DNA of 53,163 bases from a virus (taxonomy: Duplodnaviria; Caudoviricetes), in the IMG/VR virus record IMGVR_UViG_3300048574_000415, positions 1 to 53,163 of that record, one strand, 5' to 3'. Shown here in pieces: positions 27,185 through 36,383 of the stretch. The notes beneath the pieces are model-generated. The model was not told where the DNA came from. It did no database searches and worked only from the letters and a program-made list of their open reading frames with translations. The translations under genes were made by a program, and so were the position numbers. Positions within the stretch are counted from its first letter, which is position 1; every line of letters begins with the position of its first letter.

Positions 27185-27954
27185 CCATGAAGGTTTTAAA
27201 CATCATCAATTTAAAAGGCGGCGTAGCCAAAACAATCAGCGCGATCAACATTGCGCACATCCTCGCATCGGTGCATGGTAAGCGGGTCCTGCTGATCGAT
27301 AACGATAAGCAGGGAAACGCCAGCCAATTCTTTAGTTTATTTGATTATGACCGGCCATCAATATCGGACGTGCTGACACGGAAAAATTGCCAGATAAAGG
27401 ACGCGATCCGCACAACAGATTATGACGGCCTCCATCTGCTGCCGTCCAACATGAACTTGCTCCACGCAAATAAAGATATATTGCTGGATAGCACAAGGCA
27501 GCAGCAGACACGCCTTGAAAAAGCGCTGGAGGACGTGAATGATGATTACGACTATGTTGTGATCGACAACGCCCCGGATATCAACATGAGCGTAATCAAT
27601 GCCCTGGTTACCGCCGACGATGTCATGATCCCGATCAAGATTGATAAATTCACATTCGACGGCATAGCGCAGCTGGTGGAGCATATCGAGGAAATCAAAG
27701 ACTTTAACAAAAAAATCCGTATTGCCGGTTGCTTTGTAACCATGTACCAGCGCAACGGCGTAAACACCCAAGGCGCGGATTGGTTGCATAAAAAGCTTGA
27801 TATTCCTGTTTTTAAAACATTCATCCGAAAAACCGTTAAGGTGGATGAAACGACATTCGCCGGTAAGCCGCTGATGGCGTATTCCAAGAACAGCACCGCC
27901 GCGGTGGATTACATGGCATTGGTAAAAGAGTATTTGGCGGGGGAACGCAAATGA
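27181..27954 (+). CDS. parA: ParA/Soj-family ATPase (phage)
   Basis: NLKGGVAKT, DNDKQGN, IDNAP. Confidence 0.92.
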   Translation: MTMKVLNIINLKGGVAKTISAINIAHILASVHGKRVLLIDNDKQGNASQFFSLFDYDRPSISDVLTRKNCQIKDAIRTTDYDGLHLLPSNMNLLHANKDILLDSTRQQQTRLEKALEDVNDDYDYVVIDNAPDINMSVINALVTADDVMIPIKIDKFTFDGIAQLVEHIEEIKDFNKKIRIAGCFVTMYQRNGVNTQGADWLHKKLDIPVFKTFIRKTVKVDETTFAGKPLMAYSKNSTAAVDYMALVKEYLAGERK

Positions 27955-28268
27955 AACTGCTTTTGGTTGAAATTAAACAAGCGGAACGTCAAGAATATAT
28001 CCGCGCTTCTGAAAAGTTTGGAAAAGCGAATAACAGTGATCATGAAAGCTATGCGGTTATACTTGAGGAGTTTCAAGAGGCGCAAGAGGCTTCAAACTCA
28101 TTTGATGTAGAATTATCAATTTTCTGGGATGAGATTAAGAAAAATTTACCGAACACTAAACGTGTTTTATATGAAATGCAAAAATATGCTGAAAAAGCTG
28201 CCGCTGAATGGGTGCAGGTTGCGGCGATGTGTTATAAGGCTATGCAAAGAAAGGAAGATGCAAAATGA
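27951..28268 (+). CDS. Hypothetical protein, possibly MazG-like helical fold
   Basis: HESYAVILEE..E...E.VQVAAM. Confidence 0.6.
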   Translation: MKLLLVEIKQAERQEYIRASEKFGKANNSDHESYAVILEEFQEAQEASNSFDVELSIFWDEIKKNLPNTKRVLYEMQKYAEKAAAEWVQVAAMCYKAMQRKEDAK

Positions 28269-28906
28269 AAGGGTTATGCTTTACAACGCCTAACGTACAG
28301 GCGGTAAACGATGACAGAAAGACAATGACACGGCGGGTGATAAATCCGCAACCAAAGCATATACAAATGCTGCGCGACGGAAGATTTGAGACAAGTAATG
28401 ATGGAGGCTTTGACTGCGATGTAAAGTATATTAAACCGCCCTACAAAGCCGGTGAAATCGTATATCTGAAAGAAACGTATGCGCCAACAGTTAAAGATAT
28501 AGGCTATGACCAGTTAGGAGAACGCGAATTTTGGAAAGGCCCGCCATATTATTATAGGGCAGATACACCCATATGTGATTTAAAGAGCCACAAGTGGAAA
28601 TCAGGGCGCTTCATGCCGGAAACCGCCGCACGTACATACTTGCGGATAGCCGCTGTAAGAGTTGAGAGGGTACAGGATATTTGGTCATTCGACTGTCATA
28701 AGGAAGGTTGCCCGACATGTATAGGATTATCAGCTTGTGGTGGAGGATGTGAAGATTGCGCTGCACATGAACCAAAGAAATGGTTTGCTGCATTATGGGA
28801 CAGCATCAATGCAAAGCGCGGCTTTGGATGGGAAGCAAATCCATGGGTATGGGTAATCACTTTTGAAAAAATCAGCAGGGAAGAAGCTTATAAAAAGGCA
28901 GTGTGA
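28265..28906 (+). CDS. ASCH/PUA-like phage protein
   Basis: KTMTRRVI...ET...MP..AAR..L....RVERVQDI...NPWVWVITF. Confidence 0.7.
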   Translation: MKGLCFTTPNVQAVNDDRKTMTRRVINPQPKHIQMLRDGRFETSNDGGFDCDVKYIKPPYKAGEIVYLKETYAPTVKDIGYDQLGEREFWKGPPYYYRADTPICDLKSHKWKSGRFMPETAARTYLRIAAVRVERVQDIWSFDCHKEGCPTCIGLSACGGGCEDCAAHEPKKWFAALWDSINAKRGFGWEANPWVWVITFEKISREEAYKKAV

Positions 28907-28912
28907 GGATTT

Positions 28913-29125
28913 ATGAACAAAGTTGTATATCCGCCCGCAAATGATGCCGTCCGGCTTGTTACCGACAGCGAGAAATTTCCGGGCGTAAAATATGAGGTTA
29001 GGGACGGGCATTTGGTGATCTGGACTTTAAAAGACGGCATATTGGCGGTGCAGCTTGAAGCGATAAAGCAGTTTGCGGAAGAGCTTCGGGAAATGGCGGA
29101 TGTCTGGGGAACGCCAAGGGCATGA
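28913..29125 (+). CDS. Hypothetical protein
   Basis: GAGG RBS. Confidence 0.65.
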   Translation: MNKVVYPPANDAVRLVTDSEKFPGVKYEVRDGHLVIWTLKDGILAVQLEAIKQFAEELREMADVWGTPRA

Positions 29126-29215
29126 AAGCGAGGATGCAATGATCGACTGCTATAAAAAGCACAGACCACGGCGCGTCGTGAACGAATGAAGATATTAAAA
29201 AGGAGGATTAGAAAA

Positions 29216-29449
29216 ATGGCAATGCAAACTATGCCAGCAAATAACATAATCTGCGTAAATGTCAGATGGTTTGATGGATATATCGAAACATTTGAAGCGT
29301 CTGAAGTGCGATTTGGGAATTCGCTTATTTGGATGCGCCTTTCAAATGGTGGAAACAGACATATTCCACTCGGACAAGTAAGATGGTTTTCTGTCAGCCC
29401 TGAAAGCCATGAAAAAATACCGCAAATCCAATATGAATTAAAATTGTGA
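29216..29449 (+). CDS. Hypothetical protein
   Basis: AGGAGG RBS. Confidence 0.7.
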   Translation: MAMQTMPANNIICVNVRWFDGYIETFEASEVRFGNSLIWMRLSNGGNRHIPLGQVRWFSVSPESHEKIPQIQYELKL

Positions 29450-29479
29450 CCGGAATTAGCACAAATGGAGGTAGTACAA

Positions 29480-30802
29480 ATGGGTAAATTCAGTTTAAAT
29501 GACATGTTGAACAGTCAATCAAAACCAGATACGGCGCGGGCCGCATCAAAAGACTTTGAGATTGTGCAAATACCCATAGATAAGATCATTCCATCAGGAA
29601 GCAATATATATAGCATTCAGAATATCGAAGAGCTTGCAGCCAGCATTGAAACCATGGGATTGCTTCACAATTTGGTTGTAAAAGAGCAGGACAAAGATAC
29701 CGGGCTTTATGAGATCGTCAGCGGTGAGCGCCGTTACCAAGCCTGTAAGCTGCTATACAATGACGGCAACACGCTATATGCGACGGTTCCATGTAAAATC
29801 GAATACGGCGCGGATAAGCTGTATGACGAATTGATGCTGATCTATGCGAACGCGACGGCGCGGGAATTATCCGATTATGAAAAGACATTCCAAGCCGGAC
29901 GCATCAAAGATATATTGCAGGAAATGAAGGACAACGGCTATAAGTTTAAAGGCAGGCTGCGTGAGATTGCCGCCCAAATGCTGGATGTTTCAACGGCGCA
30001 GATGGGCCGCATGGAAAGCATCAGCAAAAACCTTTCAACGGATCTCATGGAAGAATTCAAAAAAGAAAACATCGGCATTACAGCGGCGTATGATCTTTCC
30101 ACGCTGGATGCCGATAAGCAGAAAGCCGCCGCCGCTGAGCTTGCGACAACCGGAAGCATCGATTTAGACAAGCATAAAGAAAAGCCGGTTAAGCAGAACC
30201 CCAGGGCAAAGCTTCGCGCAGAGTTGGAAAACAAGGATTGCGAATATGGCGGTAAGTGCACCAATGCCGAGAATATATCCAATTTTTTAAACAGCAAAGG
30301 CAATCTTGAACTGTGCGCCGGGTGCTGCGCTGTATGCAGGGATAAACCCTATTGCGGTACTGTGTGCGATAAAATACAGCATACGATCACACCAGCAAAT
30401 GAACCGAAGCCGGAAGAGCCACGGAAGCCCGCGAAAACGGTATCACACGAAGCGCCGGAAGAGCCAGCGCCTTTAATAAAAACCGATATACAAAAAGCGT
30501 TAGAGCAATTTGAAATTTGCTTAAAGCAAGGGTGTGGGTTACTGAATTCCGATAATCAGAATTTTATTAATACGGTTATCGAAGCCTTGCGCGAAAAGGA
30601 AGAGGGCTATAGAACACAAAAAGCGGCAATACCGCAAAAAGCCGCAGAGCCTACAAAAATAGGCAATGTGACGTTCGGCGCGGGCGTGACTATATGGAAC
30701 TGTCCGACGTGCGGCACATTTATTACGCGGACGCATAAATACTGCTGGAAATGCGGACAGGCCTTGAGTTATGTTTCACCGGGCCAGGAGGAAGTCAAAT
30801 GA
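29480..30802 (+). CDS. parB: ParB-family protein with Cys-rich C-terminal extensions
   Basis: IEELAASI...GLLHNLVV...IVSGERRYQA CTP-binding motif; HTH; CAGCCAVC and CPTCG...CWKCG. Confidence 0.88.
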   Translation: MGKFSLNDMLNSQSKPDTARAASKDFEIVQIPIDKIIPSGSNIYSIQNIEELAASIETMGLLHNLVVKEQDKDTGLYEIVSGERRYQACKLLYNDGNTLYATVPCKIEYGADKLYDELMLIYANATARELSDYEKTFQAGRIKDILQEMKDNGYKFKGRLREIAAQMLDVSTAQMGRMESISKNLSTDLMEEFKKENIGITAAYDLSTLDADKQKAAAAELATTGSIDLDKHKEKPVKQNPRAKLRAELENKDCEYGGKCTNAENISNFLNSKGNLELCAGCCAVCRDKPYCGTVCDKIQHTITPANEPKPEEPRKPAKTVSHEAPEEPAPLIKTDIQKALEQFEICLKQGCGLLNSDNQNFINTVIEALREKEEGYRTQKAAIPQKAAEPTKIGNVTFGAGVTIWNCPTCGTFITRTHKYCWKCGQALSYVSPGQEEVK

Positions 30803-31068
30803 TACGGCATATATGTATGAGCGTAAGAGGGGCGCTGCAGATGTCAGACGCAGAGTTAAAAGAACTTGCGCAGAGCATCACGCTTGATGATGGTACTCAT
30901 CCACGAACCGCCGCCCAGGTACGCGAATTATTCATGGATGAACTGGCAATGGGCCATGAGGTAGTGCCAATGACCGACTGTGACAACTTCGATTATAAAA
31001 AAGGCTGCATGGGCCATCCAAGCGATAAAACAAAAAAGGGGACCAAAGAGAATGGAAAAGACTTATAA
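30799..31068 (+). CDS. Hypothetical protein
   Basis: ATGA-coupled; CDNFDYKKGCMGH. Confidence 0.7.
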   Translation: MIRHICMSVRGALQMSDAELKELAQSITLDDGTHPRTAAQVRELFMDELAMGHEVVPMTDCDNFDYKKGCMGHPSDKTKKGTKENGKDL

Positions 31069-31294
31069 ATATATTCACATTAAAGAATACGAAAAAATAC
31101 CAAACCGCAAAACAAAGGTATATGCAGTAATCAACAATGCAAGCAACTATGTAATTGGTTATATCGAATGGTATCCAGCATGGAGGCAATACTGTTTTTG
31201 CCCTAAAGGTGATACGGTTTATTCCGTTGGTTGCATGAATGACATTATAGATTTCATCGGAATTGCTACAAAGGAGCTGCGCAATAATGTATAA
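31052..31294 (+). CDS. Hypothetical phage protein
   Basis: RKTKVYAV...GYIEWYPAWRQYCF. Confidence 0.7.
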   Translation: MEKTYKYIHIKEYEKIPNRKTKVYAVINNASNYVIGYIEWYPAWRQYCFCPKGDTVYSVGCMNDIIDFIGIATKELRNNV

Positions 31295-32000
31295 CGCCAT
31301 ATATTGGCCGAAAGGCGCGGCAAAAGAATACTGCGAACTGGCGCTGAATATCTATAACGGTTGCCCGCATGGCTGCACATACTGCTATGTGCCGGACATA
31401 AAGAATATTACGCGAAAAGAGTTTAACGCACAGGCCACGGCGCGGCGCGATATCGTCAAAGCCACTATCATGCAGCTTCGTTCCGGCAGCTACAAAGGCA
31501 AAATGATTATGCTGTGCTTCACCTGTGATCCGTATCCCATCGGCTACGATACGACAATCACGCGGGAGATCATCACGCAAATAAAAGCAGCCAGTGCACA
31601 TGTCATGATACTCACCAAAGGAGGCATGCAGGCGGCGCGGGACTTTGATCTGCTGGATAATAATGATCTGGTCGGTGTGACGATATCCGGCTTTGAAGCA
31701 AGCCGTATAGAGTTTGAACCGAACGCAGCGCCAAACAAGGAAAGGCTTAACCTGCTTTACTACGCCAAACAAAAGGGCCTGACAACATGGGTAAGCTGTG
31801 AGCCGGTGATTGACTTCCCGCCGATCTACAGCCTGATAAAGAATTTCAACTTCATAGACGTTTATAAAATAGGCAAGATGAACCATATGCCTTTCCGGGC
31901 AAACTGGCGGGAATTCGGCAATGAATGCATAAGGCTATGTGAATTGCACAAAAGGAATTATTACATCAAAGAGGATCTTCGCAAAGAATTGATGTTGTAA
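31287..32000 (+). CDS. Radical SAM protein (SPL-like family)
   Basis: NIYNGCPHGCTYCY CxxxCxxC, DPY, LTK, WVSCEP. Confidence 0.88.
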   Translation: MYNAIYWPKGAAKEYCELALNIYNGCPHGCTYCYVPDIKNITRKEFNAQATARRDIVKATIMQLRSGSYKGKMIMLCFTCDPYPIGYDTTITREIITQIKAASAHVMILTKGGMQAARDFDLLDNNDLVGVTISGFEASRIEFEPNAAPNKERLNLLYYAKQKGLTTWVSCEPVIDFPPIYSLIKNFNFIDVYKIGKMNHMPFRANWREFGNECIRLCELHKRNYYIKEDLRKELML

Positions 32001-32013
32001 AGAGGGTGAACGG

Positions 32014-32466
32014 ATGCCGGGAATTACTGAAGATGATTTAAAAAGATACAAAGTGATCAACGAGGAATATATTCGGCTGGTTAAAGAGTTGTGGGATTTG
32101 TTTAGGATAAAATACAAAAAGTATAGCAAGGCACCCAAAAGCAGTGTGACGGCCAATTACTCTAACGATCCACGGCCAAGCAATAGACAACCAATCCTCT
32201 CATTTGATGAAGCCATACGCTTATTAAATAATAAGGCGCAGGAACTGATTGAGGAAATCAGGAAGGTTGATAAAGAACGTGAAAAATACAGGGGTATACT
32301 GCTAAAACTATCGGCAGAAGAGCGCGATTACGTTTATTATCGCTACTATGTAGGAATGAAACATTTAGAAGTTGCAAAGGTTATGCATTGCGCTGAATCA
32401 ACGATTGATAAAATCCGTGTACGCGTTTTAAAAAAACTACAAAATGTACGTCCAATTACGTCATGA
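32014..32466 (+). CDS. Late transcription activator (ArpU/RinA-like, sigma region-4 fold)
   Basis: LSAEERDYVYYRYYVGM...VA..M; last gene before the packaging module. Confidence 0.7.
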   Translation: MPGITEDDLKRYKVINEEYIRLVKELWDLFRIKYKKYSKAPKSSVTANYSNDPRPSNRQPILSFDEAIRLLNNKAQELIEEIRKVDKEREKYRGILLKLSAEERDYVYYRYYVGMKHLEVAKVMHCAESTIDKIRVRVLKKLQNVRPITS

Positions 32467-32512
32467 CACATGATATAGTATTATCATGAATTAAATATAA
32501 ATAAATCAACCG

Positions 32513-32550
32513 GATATCCGCAAGGGGAAACCCCAAGCGGGTATTTTTTT
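32513..32550 (+). terminator. Terminator-like hairpin at the early/late boundary
   Basis: GATATCCGC-AA-GGGG-AAA-CCCC-AA-GCGGGTATT followed by T tract. Confidence 0.6.
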
Positions 32551-32562
32551 ATGGTGATGATT

Positions 32563-32709
32563 ATGGCAAAAGAGCCGGATAAAAACTGTATCAAATGGAT
32601 TAAGACATTGAAATGCATCCAGTGCGCAAATTTCTCGGAAGACGGCGCGGGATGTAAGCTTGATGATTGCGTCTTTGTTGATAAGGCAATGCACGGCCAT
32701 AAGAAATGA
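32563..32709 (+). CDS. Small Cys-rich protein (48 aa)
   Basis: GGTGA RBS; CIQC...C....C. Confidence 0.5.
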   Translation: MAKEPDKNCIKWIKTLKCIQCANFSEDGAGCKLDDCVFVDKAMHGHKK

Positions 32710-32726
32710 AAAAAGCGGGTGGTAAT

Positions 32727-33536
32727 ATGAACACTCGGGATGAATTAAAAAAGCTTAGAGATAAAGCCAAACAGCTTTATAAACAAGGCAAAAATCCAAA
32801 AGAAATATCAGCCGAGTTAAATATAAATTATAATACCGTTAGGCAATGGAAGGCTAGGTATTGGGGTAATATATCGGTATCATCAAAATGTAACAAAAGT
32901 AAAGTCATTAAAATGATTCCCGATAGGCCAATCGAACCGGAAGAACTTACCAATAAAGAAAAATTATTCTGTGAAATATATATAAGGAATTTCAACGCAA
33001 CGCAGGCAGCGATTAAGGCCGGATATTCAAAACATAGTGCTACGATGATCGGATATAAATTATTACAAAAAAAGGTAATAAAAGCATATGTCGACGAATT
33101 AAAGGCATGGAAGAAAGAAACGCTGATGTTTTCGGTTGATGATCTGGTTGATATACGAATAAGAATAGCCAATGCAGATATAACAGATTTCGTAACTTTC
33201 GGCAAAGCTGAAGTGCCTATGGTATATAGAGGTGAAGTAATTTCATTCACTGATTTAGCAACGGGTGAAATCAAAACATTAATGAGAGAAATAAGCACGC
33301 TTGAATTTTTAGACAGCAAACAGGTAGATGGGAATTTAATAAGCCAGATAAGCACGGGACCGCAAGGCATGAAGCTTAAGCTTGAAGATAGACAAAAGGC
33401 AATGGAATGGCTGGATAAATACTTCTTAGCAAACCCGTTAGACAGACGGAAAATAGATTATGAAAATAAAAAGCTTGAGCTTGAACAGCAACGCTTTGAA
33501 CATCAAAAGAGTATGGATGAAAGGAATAACTTTTAA
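32727..33536 (+). CDS. Terminase small subunit-like protein (HTH + Terminase_2-type)
   Basis: LTNKEKLFCEIYIRNFNATQAAIKAGYS, ADITDFV. Confidence 0.85.
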   Translation: MNTRDELKKLRDKAKQLYKQGKNPKEISAELNINYNTVRQWKARYWGNISVSSKCNKSKVIKMIPDRPIEPEELTNKEKLFCEIYIRNFNATQAAIKAGYSKHSATMIGYKLLQKKVIKAYVDELKAWKKETLMFSVDDLVDIRIRIANADITDFVTFGKAEVPMVYRGEVISFTDLATGEIKTLMREISTLEFLDSKQVDGNLISQISTGPQGMKLKLEDRQKAMEWLDKYFLANPLDRRKIDYENKKLELEQQRFEHQKSMDERNNF

Positions 33537-34207
33537 TGCCTGCGCATCCTTTAATAGCAGCATTTTATAAATCAGACATATGGCGCTCGTTTAGAGAAAT
33601 GATTATACTCACACGCGGAACACGCTGCGAACATTGCGGCATGCTGATATCAGAAGCAAGCAATATAACGCTGCACCATAAAGAGCCGTTGACGCCTGAC
33701 AATGTACATGATGCAACGATCAGCCTGAACCCTGACAATGTTCTCGTTGTGCATGGGCATCCTTGCCATGATGAGATAGAGCAGCGCTTCGGGCATGAAG
33801 GCCAGCATAAAGTATTCCTTGTGTATGGTGCGCCTCTATCTGGTAAGACAACGTATGTGCTTAAGTATAAAGGCCGTAATGATCTGGTTGTTGATATCAA
33901 CAACATATTCAGATCAATCACTCACTCTGAATATAAACCGCAATGCCTACTGACAAATGCTATTGCAATACAGAATACTTTGATAGATAACATAAGCACA
34001 CGCAATGGTAAATGGCAGAACGCTTTCATTGTCGGTGGATATCCGGACAGATATAAACGGGATCTGATTAAACAACAGACAGGCGCATTGCCTGTGCTTA
34101 TAGATACACCAAGGGATGTATGTATAGCAAGGATAGAGCAGACCGGAAGGAATAAGGCTGAGTACACACGGTACATTGAAGATTGGTTTGAAAGATATGT
34201 TTCATAA
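33536..34207 (+). CDS. HNH endonuclease fused to a P-loop domain
   Basis: CEHC...HH...LNPDN...CH; YGAPLSGKTT. Confidence 0.85.
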   Translation: MPAHPLIAAFYKSDIWRSFREMIILTRGTRCEHCGMLISEASNITLHHKEPLTPDNVHDATISLNPDNVLVVHGHPCHDEIEQRFGHEGQHKVFLVYGAPLSGKTTYVLKYKGRNDLVVDINNIFRSITHSEYKPQCLLTNAIAIQNTLIDNISTRNGKWQNAFIVGGYPDRYKRDLIKQQTGALPVLIDTPRDVCIARIEQTGRNKAEYTRYIEDWFERYVS

Positions 34208-34303
34208 CCACCCCCCGGTTGCATCATGCTCCAACGTCAAGGAGAACCGTGAGTAGAAGGTAGTTACGACGCATACCGTAAATTTTGAAAATCGCCGGAG
34301 AGT
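34208..34303 (+). other. Probable cos/packaging region
   Basis: Non-coding gap starting CCCCCCGG between HNH and small terminase, the usual cos position in HK97-like phages. Confidence 0.45.
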
Positions 34304-34312
34304 TTGAGAAAT

Positions 34313-34639
34313 ATGGAAAAGCATGAAATATACAAACAAGAACATGAGAGATTGATAGAGATATTTGGAAATATTGAGGAAGATAAAAAGAAATTTGTTA
34401 ATGGGCTGATAGATGATGCCGCCTTTTTGTATGCAGAAAACGCAGTTTTAAAAGCTGGAATGGCTGAAACAGGCATGATTAGGGTGCATCCGAATTATCC
34501 GGATAGGCAAAAACCGACTGAAGCGGCCAAACAATACCTAAAAAATGTAAATTCATATGCCGTTGTAATGAAAACATTAAACGGTATCCTTAATAAAGCA
34601 GGCAATGAAGAGGATGATGAACTAGGGGATTATCAATGA
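34313..34639 (+). CDS. Terminase small subunit (cos-type position)
   Basis: LIDDAAFL...G....HP..P..QK.T...KQY; overlaps the TerL start. Confidence 0.7.
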   Translation: MEKHEIYKQEHERLIEIFGNIEEDKKKFVNGLIDDAAFLYAENAVLKAGMAETGMIRVHPNYPDRQKPTEAAKQYLKNVNSYAVVMKTLNGILNKAGNEEDDELGDYQ

Positions 34640-36369
34640 TCAACCCGATTTATAATGGCGTATATTCATGGCTGCTGGAATATATAAATAAATGCAAAAC
34701 TGCGGAAATACTCATAGGCTTTGAGCTTATGATGCAGCTTAATATACTGCTTGAGCATTTCAATGATCCGGCCATAACAATTGATTTTACAGACGCACAT
34801 AAACGTATCGGATTTATTGAAAAGCAATGCAAACACTTTGAGGCTCCTTTCGCCGGGAAGCCTTTTATTTTGGCGCTGTTCCAAAAAGCTTTTATTGAAG
34901 CTATTTACAGTTTCAAAATAGATGATGCTGAAATAGGCCGCCTGGTGCGTTTATACCAAGATATCATGCTTGTCGTTGGCAAAAAAAATGGCAAAACGCC
35001 GCTGATTGCAGCTATCAGCTTGGCTGAATGGTTTTGCGGGCAAATGGGACTTAAAGTGCTATGTTCAAGCAACGACTATGAACAGGCCTCTTTGATGTTT
35101 GACGCTATAAATGCAATGCGTGAAGAATCGCCCGCATTGGCAAAAGTAACGCGGTGCAATACCCGCGGCATGTACTTTGGCAATCCCAAAAAGCCAAAAT
35201 ATAAAGGCAAGTTCTCTTACCAGAACAAAGGAAATATCAGGAAAATATCTTCCAGAAAGAAGGCAAACGAAGGCCGTAATATAGGCGTTGGCGCCGTTGA
35301 TGAAACGCAGGAATTAGCAAGTGATACACCGATCAGACCTATAAAACAGGGGCTATCCACGCAGGATGAACCTTTATATTTTGAAATAACGACTGAAGGC
35401 TTTATCAATGACGGATATCTTGATGACAGAATGAAGCTTGCCCGCCGTGTGCTTTGCAGAGAAGAAAGCCGCCCGCGCTCGCTGTTTTGGTTGTATACCC
35501 AAGATAGCGAACAGGAAATATGGCAGAATGAAAAAACATGGGTAAAAAGTAATCCTGGTATTGGCGCTATAAAGAAGTGGAGCTATCTTCGCAGCCTTGT
35601 AGATGAAGCGAGAACAAATAAAAAAGCGCGTATTTCGGTACTTGCCAAAGAATTTAATATTAAGCAAAATAACGCTGATGCATGGTTAACAGAAGATGAT
35701 ATAAAAAACGATGATACTTTCACCGTTGAAGATTTTAAAAACTGTTTTGCAATCGGCGCTGTTGACTTATCAAAAACAGGAGACCTTACCAGCGCTCGGG
35801 CGCTCATTATGAAACGGGGCAGCAGTAAAAAATACATGCTGCAAAAGTACTTCATGCCCCAAGCAACATACGACAAATTGAAGGGCGAAGAGCGCAAAAA
35901 ATTTGAAGCATGGGTGCGAGAAGGGCATGTAGTGCTATCAGATGGCAATGAAAATGATTTTAGAAAAGTAACAGCATGGTTTGTGAAGCTTGTTAAAGAT
36001 TATGGCCTCCGTTTTTATAAAATCGGCTATGACAAATGGTCTGCTGTTTACTGGGTAAAAGAAATGGAAGAGTACGGTTTTGATTGCGTGCGTGTCGCGC
36101 AGGAATTCGGCAGTATGTCAGAGCCAATGAGCCTGGTAGAAAAGGACCTGCAAAGCAAGCTTATAAATTATAACAACCACGATATGGATAGATGGTGCCT
36201 TGAAAATACGGCAATGATCATGAACAAAAAAGAAGAGATAATGCCTGTAAAGGTACAGGGTAAAGAAGAAAATAAAATTGACGGCGCGGCAACCATGATT
36301 ATTGCGTACCGTGTGTATATAGATAACCGTACTGAATATTTAGACCTCGTTCAAAAAACAGCAGCATAA
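34636..36369 (+). CDS. terL: Terminase large subunit
   Basis: LFQKAF, GKKNGKT Walker A, VDE, ITTEG, AVDLS, KIDGA. Confidence 0.95.
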   Translation: MINPIYNGVYSWLLEYINKCKTAEILIGFELMMQLNILLEHFNDPAITIDFTDAHKRIGFIEKQCKHFEAPFAGKPFILALFQKAFIEAIYSFKIDDAEIGRLVRLYQDIMLVVGKKNGKTPLIAAISLAEWFCGQMGLKVLCSSNDYEQASLMFDAINAMREESPALAKVTRCNTRGMYFGNPKKPKYKGKFSYQNKGNIRKISSRKKANEGRNIGVGAVDETQELASDTPIRPIKQGLSTQDEPLYFEITTEGFINDGYLDDRMKLARRVLCREESRPRSLFWLYTQDSEQEIWQNEKTWVKSNPGIGAIKKWSYLRSLVDEARTNKKARISVLAKEFNIKQNNADAWLTEDDIKNDDTFTVEDFKNCFAIGAVDLSKTGDLTSARALIMKRGSSKKYMLQKYFMPQATYDKLKGEERKKFEAWVREGHVVLSDGNENDFRKVTAWFVKLVKDYGLRFYKIGYDKWSAVYWVKEMEEYGFDCVRVAQEFGSMSEPMSLVEKDLQSKLINYNNHDMDRWCLENTAMIMNKKEEIMPVKVQGKEENKIDGAATMIIAYRVYIDNRTEYLDLVQKTAA

Positions 36370-36383
36370 AGGGGGTAAATTAA

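Noticed and set aside
28888-29505. Long antisense ORFs (this one, 31266-31886, 32828-33370, 13771-14358 and others)
   Set aside because: Shadows of well-supported genes on the opposite strand, without RBS or motifs.
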